Source of the DNA: Balanoglossus misakiensis
Lineage: Eukaryota; Animalia; Hemichordata
Direction: 5' to 3'
DNA length: 64,000 bases
NCBI GenBank assembly: GCA_040954595.2
Contig: CM082576.2
Span: forward strand, 5,802,760 to 5,866,759
The position numbers and the translations under genes were made by a program. Of the stretch, positions 1 to 21,400 are shown in pieces (the first letter of the stretch is position 1; the number at the start of each line of letters is the position of its first letter). The notes beneath the pieces were generated by a model that worked only from the letters and a program-made list of their open reading frames with translations, did not search any database and was not told the DNA's origin.

Positions 1-170
1 AATACCGTCTATAACGTACTGTACATGTAGACCTATTAAATGTAAACCAAACACTCACCAGCGAGTGATTTTAACCTTCAGTCCCATTTTCTTCCAATTT
101 CGTTATCAGTTCAGAACACTCGTTTTGTGAGTTTGTGAGTCAGCTAGCTGTGTAAAGACAACTGTTGAAT

Positions 171-210
171 GGCCAATGGTGCGATTGTTGACTGGGTCAG
201 GGTATAAATG
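171..210 (+). promoter_or_regulatory. Possible CCAAT + TATA core promoter upstream of the CUB-LDLa gene
   Basis: GGCCAATG at 171 and TATAAAT at ~203. The first coding exon is preceded by a splice acceptor (..CCTTTCAG 1730), implying a non-coding exon further upstream. Motif evidence only. Confidence 0.25.
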
Positions 211-281
211 CCACCCACAACTGTGTACAAGAAGTTAGGGAGCTTTTACTATTAAAATAGTGTTGTGTGATCATGGACAGT

Positions 282-351
282 GACACACACACACATGCAT
301 ACACACACACATATATACACACACACAGACACACACACACACACACACACA
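282..351. repeat. (CA)n microsatellite, interrupted
   Basis: Direct reading of the sequence. Confidence 0.95.
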
Positions 352-1780
352 TGTATTAATTAACCTGTCTTAAAAAGGCTATAGGCCTATACTAGTATAC
401 ACAGTCGTCGTGGTAAATGTTTTACGATGTTAATTGCTATTTTATAAACTAGTAAATCTTGCTGATGTCATCGTTGCACTATTGCTATATAATATTTCCA
501 CACGAGCGAATTTAAATTGTACGACCTCTTTTGATTACAGGGACTGTAATAAAGTGGCCAGTATAAACAAGTGTCTACTATACAGATGTGGCCACTATCA
601 ATTTTACAACTATGGGGTCTGAAAGGCGGGTCTGGAACATACCAGTAGTTTATTACATCCATAATAAGCGGCCTTTCTCACCATGGTCTTCATTGCGCAT
701 GCACTAGAAAACAGAAAGTTATGACTGCCAGAATGGTTTAACACTGTCATAGGCAATCACCGTGTAAAGACAACCCTCATGCGACTGTGCTAACAACGGG
801 AAATATTCGGCGTGCATGATTGTTTGATTGTTGTAGGCATGCGTTTCAAGTAAGTTCATAGAATTTTACCACTGGAAACTACGTTTACGTACTAGTGTAT
901 TGGACATCGAGCGAAATAGCTACAATGTAGCTACGTAGATCACATCACGACAGTCACCAGACCTCGTTAGGGTATGTAGTGACAGATTGTGTCTGCGTCT
1001 AGCTTTAATCACCGTCACTAATTAAACACTCGTTTCCGATGCTGATCTGGTTGACGATGACCGCCTTCGTTTCGAAGCCTATGATGAAAAATGGTTCTTT
1101 TTGCCTTTAATGTAGGCCCATGGTGTACGTGGTTTTCTCCCCATTGTCAGTCTGTTTGTGGCCTCATTAATTAGGCTAATTTACAAAGCCACAAAGGGTA
1201 GTGTCATGCATTCGGCACGTCGATTCAAACGTCTGAATCGTCAACAACGTACTCAGGATATATGCCTTATGAAGCTTCATTCTGGTGCGCTATATACACC
1301 CAAAGTTCACAGTTTCTGCCTCTGATCATGCTAATGGTGTCGCAACAAACATTAGCTGTTGATGTCGTCACACCCAAACTAAACCGTTGGTGACATCGAC
1401 AGAGAGGGCGCCCTTTGAAGTGGCAGTATCCGAGGCCTCTTTACATGTACATGGTTCAGAAATATTTCTGATTAAAGAAGGGGTAGGCCTAAAGTCTGGA
1501 AGGCATTGAAATAGAATTTGAAGTAAATGAAACAAGATTCAAACCTCCAACATTCCATAATCGAGGTATTTTTGTATTTTCCTGTAACTTTAAAACTGTT
1601 ATTTTTCTATCATAATTTCAATGTGTATATTCCCCTTGTTTTCTTCTATTTTTTTTCTTTCCTTTATTTCATATTTATCATAATGTAAGATTTGAGCCCC
1701 GAAGAATTTACGTTTCAATTGTCCTTTCAGATTATAAGGAACCTGAAGTGCATTTGAACTTAAAGATTGAAGTGACCACC

Positions 1781-11260
<9,480 letters not shown>

Positions 11261-12311
11261 CCACATCCAGTACCCCGAGGACATGATGCACCCTTATGCA
11301 CCGATAATGGGCCAGAAACTACTGGATGAAAAACTTTTTGTGTAGAATATGTTTCTGTATATACATGTACATGTTTCACGTCAACATATCCTTGATTTTT
11401 ATCTTACCATCATGAGACGTTTAGTAATTTTGTAAGGTATTTTATTGCCAGAACCGTTAGGTGTTATTGTGTGTTTAATATTCAGATAACGTCATTTCCA
11501 ACATTTTTTTCCGTATTTTGGTGTATAATTGAGTATTGATTCAGCACTTATTTTGTATTTTTGTGGAATAAATGAAACGTCTCATGCTGTTTATGCATTA
11601 GATAAGAATGTGTGAAATGTGAGCAAATAATAATCATGATACTTGCCTCATGGAATTGTGGTATTTTCATATACATCTCTAAAATGAGAATTTCTTACAA
11701 TGGATCTGTCTCTATATTTAGAGTTTTGCCTATTAATTCTAAGTACTTTCTGTATTGCATAATGAATACTGGATATTGGGGAATGACGTCACGCTGAGCG
11801 AATATTTACCATTCCTTTGCTCTTTTCTTTCGTGAATGACGTGACTTGAAGTTTGTTGCGTTCGCTGTGCGATTTCCTGAAGACAATTTGAAATGATAAC
11901 ATATCTGAGTCCTTGGCTTCCTCTTTCTAGGGATGGCCATGGTGACACGGTGGTTTCGTCTGGAGTTTTGCGTGATTAGCGGTGTTACTGTAGTCCTGAA
12001 TGCAAGTTCTTAACATTTCCATCTGTATAATTAATTGGGAAACTAAATATCAAGACTATAGCATTTTTGTATTTTGTGGAAATGACGTTTTGCATTATGC
12101 CTACATAACTAGTTCCTTTGGAAAAAATAAAAGTCGAGATAAAAGCGTTGGTGAAAATATTTTTTTTTTAGTTTATCCTAATACCCATAATGGATTTCTC
12201 GTAAATAATCGCACCAATGCGTGTTTGTGCGTGCACGCGCGCATATGTGTTTAGTATTCAGATACCGTCATTTCGAACAATGTTTATGATTGTTGCCGGC
12301 GCGGCGCAGAA

Positions 12312-14963
12312 TCACATCCTACGTGGCCCACAGTCGAAGCAGTCTGTGCCATAGTAGCACACAAAGTGTTGAGCACCATGACCACCATCGTCGCACTCGC
12401 CATCCATTGCATGATCGCATGTATCTTCACACATATAACCTGTAAGCAAAGACAAACAAAATGTGAATATTGTCATACTTGTTTTCTGGAAGGAGGCAAT
12501 TTTTAGAAGCAAAGAGAAATTTGAGCGTTTAAAATGTTGAGGCGACCCAAGAACCGAAATGACCTAGAGATTAATGTTCTAGTGCTATTTAAAGCAAGAA
12601 TTTAACACCCATATGCCCCGGATGTCAAAATTAGCATGTTAGTATGTTAAAGGTGTTACAGCTAGAGCACGCACGATGTACGGAAGGCGGAGTGGGCGGA
12701 GGTATCGACGCATCTTGTGGAATACCAAGTAGCTCGTTAGGAGTAGCTTCATAGTAGACGTCAGGAACAGCTGAGAGGGTGACGACTCCGGATCTCGCAG
12801 AATTCAACAAAATTCGCTTGACCTGATCTTGAGTCAGAGTGGGATCTTGCTCCAAAAGGATGGCGGCAACGCCTGCAAAAGGTGGGGAATATTGTCAGAC
12901 TTCTGCCTATGCTATCGGCGATACACGTGCGTCTGCGGGTTACATGGATGTTCTATGGCCGGATGCAGCTGAGTGTTAGGTTCGACCCTGTCTCTGATTT
13001 GTGGCAATGTCTATGATATCTCTTGACCTTCGTCCACACAAACGGCATTTTGAACGAATTATGAACACGTGAAATCCAGAAATTGAATCATTTTTATGAC
13101 AGAGTAATATTTCTCTGGCAAACACAGTATTCCTCGAACACTGTTTTGTCCATCGTGTATATCAACGTCATGGCGGAATAATAATAACGCACAGTACCTG
13201 CTACGTGAGGTGCTGCCATTGAAGTACCACTGGCGAAGGCGTAGCTGGAGTCGTTGAGTGGAAAAGAGCTGAAGATATTCGACCCTGGAGCCAAGATGTT
13301 CACACAGCTGCCGTAGTTCGAATAGTGTTCCATAAAGTCTGAAATGTTTGTCGCTCCAACCGATATTACCTGTGACGGCGATAAACATGATGAGCAATGC
13401 CATGAACCACAAGGCCCTATACTGGTCGTTTTGTAGTGTGACCTATTTCTCTTCAAAATCAGTGTCACACGATGTAACTTAGTATTCTACGCAATCAGCT
13501 GGAGACCTTTCACTCATTTACCGAGACGTTATACGACAAGATGAAAGTGTTTCTTTTCTCTAATTCGAATGGGCTCTCCTGACATGTCGCATGCGCCCAC
13601 GAATGCTTTTTCAGCCTGTACCAAGACTTGCCAAGTTCATGTATAGGGTATTCACCTCATCGGAGGAGGCGGGGGATACCGCGCAGGCGGGGTATGCGTT
13701 ATTTCCGGCTGCGGCGACGACGATGTAGCCCGCATTAACCAACCGTGTCATGGCCAGGTTTATCAGTTCTGAATACGGTCCCCCAAGAGACATGGAAACG
13801 ACAGCAGGGGTCATGTTTGATTTTGCGATAACATCCATCGCTGCAAGTGAGAATGAAGTGCACAGAACCGTGGACAACAAGGTAAACGTTTAACTTGATT
13901 AATACCAGTATCTGCCGACGGACTGAGGTTCAAATTGCAAACATTATTAAACTGTTTAATTTTGTATCACTCGCATGGTTGCAGTAACACTAGAAAAATT
14001 AATGCACCTTTGCCACTTTTTCAAGCCTAACAGATACATGTACACTGTAAATGCCTGCGCTATTGCCATATATGTATAAGCAATAAGGTGTTTAGACGCA
14101 TGTCATGTACTGTCTCCTGGAAACTTTCCTGCAATGAGCGAAGTCAGTTCGAATTATAACACACCATGCAGCGAACCCTCGATCGTGATTCGTCAATACG
14201 ACGTCACGTGACCTTAGTCTTTTCGAACTGTTGCCTGGGGCATCAGTTCGATCGGTTTGGTGTGTTATAAAACACATGATGGCTGACATATTCGGGCAAC
14301 AGTGTATTTTTAATGACCTCGGGACTGCCAGTCACACCAAAACAGTCTGTTTCCCCTCGGGCTATGCCCTCGGGAAAACAAGACTGTTTTAGTTGTGACT
14401 AGCAGCACCCTCGGTCATCAAAATACACTGTTGCCCTCATTGTCAGTCATCATGTGTATACTGTACTTCATCACGCACTCTTACGTTCTTTATACGAGAT
14501 AGTCATTCTTCCTACTCTAAGAATGAACATGTAATCATCATTCGAACTCACCTTCAATCAGCATAATCGCAGTTCCATTGCCAGAGCAGTTCAGCGATCG
14601 TACCGAATATAAATTTACACCTGGGGCTACACCAACATTTTCGCCACCAATGATACCGGCGCAGTGAGTACCATGCCCATCACAATCTCCACCCTGTTTG
14701 GGAACATAGAATTTTAATCAGTACTTCAAACGATGAAAATCTTGCAATTGTTTTTAAAACATTTGCGAAAATAGACTCATTGGCAAATTGATCCGACAAA
14801 AACTGTTTGGGGCTGATCTTACTTCCAGTCCATCTTCCATAGCATCATAGAAACTTGAAGCCCTTCCTCCAAATTCGTGGTGTGAAAAACGAATGCCAGT
14901 GTCTACAACGAACACATTAACTTGACTTCCGTTACCTTTAGAGAGAGAGGGGGGGGGGAGAGA

Positions 14964-14996
<33 letters not shown>

Positions 14997-16470
14997 GGTG
15001 AGCATTTAGATATAAAATGTGTTTACTCAGTAGGTGTGAATAATTTACTATATATATAAAAGAAATGAGGTGTTTCGACCATACCCCTTTTGGACTTGAC
15101 AGCACTTACTGCCAAAGATGTTATCTTCTGAAAACCCGCGTGTACATACTAAACTCTTTTTTTTCCAAGTTTGTTTTACGACAAATCTGTGTTCACCCGA
15201 ATTTGAAATGTGTATAACAAGTGTTGCTCGGCCGAGTCACTGAACATATCTATTTCTACAAGTGTCATGAGAGTGTATATCAGGAACCCATGCTAAGTAG
15301 AAACTTACCTAATGCTGAATTGTAACGCCCATCCAGGGGTGGATAGACTTGGTCTATTCTGTCCAAACCCCAAGGTATACTATTAATGGCATCGGCGTAC
15401 ACGAGTTTATTTTCTTCAATGAAGTCAACTTCATCAAGCCATCTCAGCTTTTGATTGAAAGAAGCAAATATTAATCGCTGGGTTCATTTATTAACTTAAA
15501 ACCTCAAAGCCAAAAACGTTAGCATTGATAAACATTACTTGATCAATTGACTCGATTGCATGAAAGGTTTAGAAAAGTAAAGAAACTTTTCAAAAATAAA
15601 AAAATAGCATTTAGTGATGAATTATGGATACAGATTAAAAGGTGGGTCATGTCTGCGTTATCTAAATATGAGGTAAAGAATCTGTAAAACGTATATTAAC
15701 ATTAACCAGATGTTTTTACCTAAAGGGTTTAGATTATCTACTTTGACCCGAAGCATGTTGCAGGGTGCATCGTCTGTTATAGTTTGCTACGAGACTGATT
15801 TGTATTCCCTTACAAATATTTGTAAACAGAGACTTACCATTTCAACTGCTTCGTCTAGCATGCTAACACAGAGGCATTTCATAAGTGTTGTGATGTTACT
15901 ATGAATGTCAACGTGTAGTTCATCTTTCTCGACCAACTGAAGCAATGTTTCCTGTAGTGTCGCCATGTCTTCAACTGTTATGTCATCCTAAAGATTTAAG
16001 CGCATAAAGGAACGAGCTTCTGTTGTGTAAATGCAACCACTTCTCTTCAAAGGCTAGAGTTATAACAGAACATTTGCCAAACAAATTAAATTTAAATCGG
16101 GCAGAAAAACAGGTGCCCCGATAGTTAAACATCTACTGAAAAGGTTCGTCGCTGATCACTCCTGATGACGACCCAAAACGGCTGCAAGGCAGCTAGGTAG
16201 ACTATATTGTACATTTATATTACCGTATACCCCCTCGGTTAACTAGAATAACAAGTAAAAAGTTCTCACCCGAAGCTTCACGATGTACTCGCCTTCCACT
16301 CGGTCTTTGTGAGCGCGAACAAGTGGAGCCTGTATGTCTCGTTTAACAAAACTCGGGCGAAACTCGTGAGGTTTACGTGCAACGTCGAGATCGGAAGTTG
16401 CATTTTGTTTTACTGGATTGGCTGCTGTGCACACGACGATCACCGTCATCAGATAACAAACTCTATGCAT
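12312..16470 (-). CDS. Secreted subtilisin-family S8A serine protease (proteinase K/aqualysin-like) with I9 prodomain and probable C-terminal Cys-rich module
   Basis: Exons (minus) 16470-16270 (signal peptide, ..VEGEYIVKL), 15987-15838, 15447-15309 (IPWGLDRIDQ), 14935-14823 (VVDTG, catalytic Asp), 14693-14552 (DCDGHGTHCAG, catalytic His), 13840-13656 (SMSLGG, AAAGN oxyanion), 13369-13198 (SGTSMAAPHVA, catalytic Ser), 12872-~12726/12660 (donor uncertain), 12439-12312. Splice phases are compatible. Confidence 0.92.
14154..14460. mobile_element. Double-hairpin (palindromic) non-autonomous element in an S8 intron
   Basis: IR TTATAACACACCA (14154) / TGGTGTGTTATAA (to 14270), directly followed by a ~190 bp imperfect palindrome ACACATGATGGCTGACA..GGGCAACAGTGTATTTT.. 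/ ..AAAATACACTGTTGCCC..TGTCAGTCATCATGTGT centred on CCCTCGGGCTATGCCCTCGGG. Confidence 0.7.
14940..14997. repeat. (GA)n/poly-G microsatellite forming the polypyrimidine tract of an S8 exon acceptor
   Basis: Direct reading; adjacent to the acceptor at 14936-14937 on the minus strand. Confidence 0.9.
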
Positions 16471-18424
16471 TTTTGTTAACTAAATACCTTTCTGAAGAAA
16501 ATCAGGAATAGAATATTAATGTCTCTGTGGGCATATTAAGTTTAGGTTTCTTTTGATCACCTTTTAAATTAATGGGGACCAATGCATTTGGCAGAGCTAT
16601 TATCGAACAAATTTTAAAGCCACAAATATCGACAGTGAACTATCGTGTGATTCCACCTCGCGGTAAATACACTGTAAACAAACTTTACGGCCAAACAGCC
16701 TATTCTGTACACCTATTCTGTTTTTGTCTTACTGTCCATAATGTGCTAAGCTTAAAATGACAAGGAGAACGTAGACTTGGGCGTAACAACTGATGGACTC
16801 ACTAAGCGTAGTGATAATCAACCGCCCATACAAGCGGAGTGATAATCAACTCACTGACATAATTTGCATGACCAGAACCATGCAGACATTTTATGACAGC
16901 AGTGCGTATACGATGCTGTACAGGCCAGTGTAATTCCCGTCCAAGCGGAGTGATGCAAGACATGACGCTAATTGCCAACATGTTGGAGGGCATTTTATGT
17001 AGAGTACTGTCGTTCACCACATACCCATGAATTACACGAATCAACATATCATCAATGCAATTTTTTCGTGCGTCAGTGTATCGTATCTGACGCTATTAAT
17101 TTATGGCGGCAATTAAGGTTTTCTAATCAAAAGATTTTCTTTCAAAATAAATATAAAAAATGTAACATTACCAAACATGTTGATGCTCGACAGCGTATGA
17201 GAGGCAAAACTCTTCTGTCCTGTCTCCAATAATGAACACTATTTCTGACAACTACACATTATTAAATACCAAAATATGCTACCTTAATTAAGGTATATTA
17301 CTTTCTGCTGGTGGGTACGCGAAAAATATCTGGTGGATTTACATACAGTTATCTTAGGATATTTTAGTATTTGGTGAACCAGCATACTTATTAAATTACC
17401 ATATGGCCTGTTTTAAGGAGGGTTATTCTTTCCGGAATACCTGTCCGAATTTGTTACGTTGGACATGGGAAGTAAATCTACAACTGAATATTCCCAGTAT
17501 CTATAAGAAAGCTCATTCAAGTGGTTTAAAACTGAAATTGAAAATTTCCTGGTTCACGACCTTTATTACTTAAACATGTCAATATGCAAATTAGTAGTTA
17601 CATACTTTTCTCGTTTGAATCGGTGGTAAATTTCAAAGACAGCAGTGGGTTGGGTAATCCCCAAACATCGCTTATGTTTAGAGTATCAATATTGTTTTAT
17701 TGTCGCAGCACTTTGCTAATTTCACACTTTCCGGCAGGTTGCTTTGTTGCATGATAGAACACGTGACCCATCTTGACCATTGGCACTGTTTGGGGTTCGT
17801 CTTATGCAAATCAGTTAGCTCTCTCGTTTCACACACAAAACACATATCTTTCTTTCATGCCTTCTATTGTGTTAAATTATTTGCCCATTTTGGCTAGTGT
17901 CTATTGTACATGTGAGTGACTTGATATTATCCTTATTTTACCATGGCGGTGTTCTATGGAGCATGTATGGATGCAAGTGCGTGGAGTCAGTACCGATTTT
18001 AAGCATTTGTACCAGAACATACAATTTGAGAGTGAAAATGCCAAGTCAGTCGAGTATATCATAAATACCCTACGTTCATTTATTGCAAAATCAACCTATT
18101 CCATGTACTTTCCTCTCGCTTACAACTTCGTCAGCTTGATTGCAAACAAGTAATTGCCATTATTTCAAAACATGAAAGATTAATTGAAGTGTTAATATTA
18201 TCAACATTGTGGTAAGGTTCCGAATTTGATTTCATTTAGTCAAACTTTGACAAATTATGGCATCAAACCGTACATTTTTCATTCATTTCATTTCATTCCA
18301 TTCCATTCCCATTACTATCTTTTGATGTGTTCGGTCAAATCAAACAAAGGCTATTGAAACGCGAACTCTCATTATGTTTTACACGTGAGCAACAATTCAC
18401 GTGGCCAGAACAGCAACAGGTCGT

Positions 18425-21400
18425 TTACAGAGTTCCTTTATCATCGTCACACACTTGCTTCTTGACATCATCTTCTGATTCTTGAAAATTGTATAATTTG
18501 GTGTCGCTTCTCTTCCAACCTGGTGGTCTAAATAAAATATAAGTAATAACTGTATTATTTTAATGGAGGATAAGGTTGGCACACGACTTTGCTTTTAGTG
18601 CCGACAACTTTTTTATCAAATGTATATCATCTAAGGTACAGTGTGACGAAGTAAATCAGCTATTTAGATAAACATTGGAATGCGATTTCGGAAACCAACC
18701 TCAGAAATTTGGCAAGCAAAATGGGGTCGACAGTCTTCAATCTTTCTTCTGGAACAAGAATGCGAACAATCTCACTCCCGATGATACCGATGAGTATCGT
18801 CACTACGGTTCCATAGCAACCATACATCAAGTAAGATACCTTTGTGATAGAGAGGGGAAAGTTAAGCTGGTGTTGTAAACATTTCTCAATAATCTGTGAC
18901 CCTCAAATCATTAAATAACCAATCTCGAGAGAGCTTGCAATCGATGTTGTACATTGTTTATACTCACGCGGTATACACCAAGAGCTTCTTCTAAATTTCC
19001 CTGATTTGCATAAGCTCCAAAGGTGATCCAGGCTGCAAATCCGAAACCTAACGTCGTGCCACATAGCATGCCTCTGCAAGAAACACGTGTGGTTTGTTAT
19101 GAAAATGTGCATAATTCGATGGATACCCTCGTTAATCTGACAATAGTCTGGTTAAGTTATTAAGTTGTCAGTGGCGGTCAGTTCACAATACAAACCAAAC
19201 GTACATTCCGTTTGCCCGCTTGTACATCATTCCGACGCCAAAAGTTCCCATTATAGGACCGCCGGTGATGCCAAGAATGGTCACTCCAAGCACCAACAGA
19301 CTGCCCAGTGTACTCGCCAGAAAAGCCAAACCAATGCTTGCAACTCCATAAACACACGCTGTAGTATAAAGCAAAATATGACACTAAGCACTTGCAATTA
19401 ACAAGTAAAGTGAACGGAAAAATATGAATTCCCAATAATTCGCCCCAATAATGATTGCCCTTCATGGAGAATTCCCAACACTTACTTAAAATCTTGGAAA
19501 TGAAGGTGTCGCGTTCATCGTTTTCGTATTTGGATTGTCCTGTTCTTCTTGCTCTCCATGAACGGAAGGGTTTGATGAAATCTTCCAAAGTGACAGCAGT
19601 CATGGCGTTCAGGGCGGAAGACACCGAACTTAAGAATGAAAAATGTATTTTGACAATGGTGATATGTCACGACCATTACTGATACAAGCTACAATTCATA
19701 CACTACATGTAGCAACATTAAACCACAAACAGTGTTATTCTTTAAAAGATGAGAGATTGACGTCAATGTTATTCATTATTAGGGCCCAAGCCCAGCAGGC
19801 TTGGGCCCTATTGGTATTACTGGGATTTTTCTTCTACTTCTTCTTCTTCTTCTTCTTGTGTCGTTTTTTTGTCCAGCTAGATCTGGAGAACGGCTGAACC
19901 TACCAATTTCAAACTTAGCACAATGGTGCAGGCCAATGAGAGCTGGTGCAGTACCCTCGTGAATGTTTAATTAGTCACGTGACCTGATGACCATATATGG
20001 GCAAAATTTTCAAATCGCCCTAATTTGCATATGAATTGAGATATCAAAATTCTGTTCAGATACTTTGTGGACCATATGGCCAGGGTTCTACATGCCAAAT
20101 GTCAAGGCCATAGGCCATGTCAATTTTGAGGAGAAGATTTTTAAGTATTATTTTCCATATTTTTCGCCCAAGCCATCGGCCTATACTTTACATAGTAAAG
20201 CTATGACCACATATTATTTTGGATAAATATGCATACATATCTCAAAATCTGTTAGGCTGATCATCTCAAACTTTGGTGTGCAGCTAGCCTAGCATTTGTC
20301 AATCATTTTAAGCGAAAAAAAATAATATGAAAAATCGACCGATTTTTTTATATTAATTTTTTAAATTAAATTTATACCTTTTTACTTATACCTCTATAGT
20401 TAAGCTATGAACACTACACGTCTTAGTGTGGAATTCTGGTCTGTGCAACGGTCCTGTACAGTGACTGTGTATTGGGCAGTGAGCACAATGGGACCAAAAT
20501 AACAGGCAAAATTTTGGGCTCACCTGTAACACCTGCTTAACTCATTAATTATGTGCATACCTAATTCTGGGCTAACTAAGAGGGCTAGAGGTTTTGTTCT
20601 TGTTGGATATGGACCAGTATAGGGTCAACATTTCTTGCCAAAATTTTGCAAGACCTCAGGTGACCTTTGACCTACTTTACCAGATCTTGGCATCCAGAGC
20701 AAGTACAGACTTGGTGTTTGGAGGGTTGGGACTAAAATTGAAAAGCCAAAATTGGGGGTCACCTGTGACACCTGCCTACCTTATTAATTATGTGCATACC
20801 TAATTCCAGGCTAACCAATAGGGCTATAGGTTTAGTTTTTGCTTAACATGGACCAGTATAGGGTCAAAATTTCTTGCCCAAATTTTGCATGACCTCAGGT
20901 GACCTTTGACCTACTTTACCAGATCTTGGCATCCAGAGCAGGTACAGACTTGGGGTTTGGAGGGTTGGACTAAAATTGAAAAGCCAAAATTGGGGGTCAC
21001 CTGTGACACCTGCCTACCTCATTAATTATGTGCATACCTAATTCCAGGCTAACCAATAGGGCTATAGGTTTGGTTTTTGTTGAACATGGACCAGTATAGG
21101 GTAAAAATGTCTTGCCTAAATATAACATGACCTCAGTTGACCTTTGACCTACCTTACCATATCTTGGCATCAAGTGCAGATATGCTTATTGCTATGTTGC
21201 TATGTGCTATGTTGGCTTGGGCCCGCTATTGCTGCTTGCAGCTATATTTATTATTATTATTTCTAGTATTGAGTGAAATGAAACTCCCCATGTCGCGTAT
21301 ATTAAAAATCAAGTCACATAGTTATCGTTTACCTGAGTGTTCCAGCGAACAGACATGCGACAAATAATCCTTGTATGCCAGGAATGTTACCAAATTGGGA

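Noticed and set aside
16165-16205. CTGATGA followed by a hairpin, hammerhead-like
   Set aside because: No GAAA after stem II and no convincing stems I/III; the same applies to CTGAAGA at ~50170 and the minus-strand CTGATGA at ~31660.
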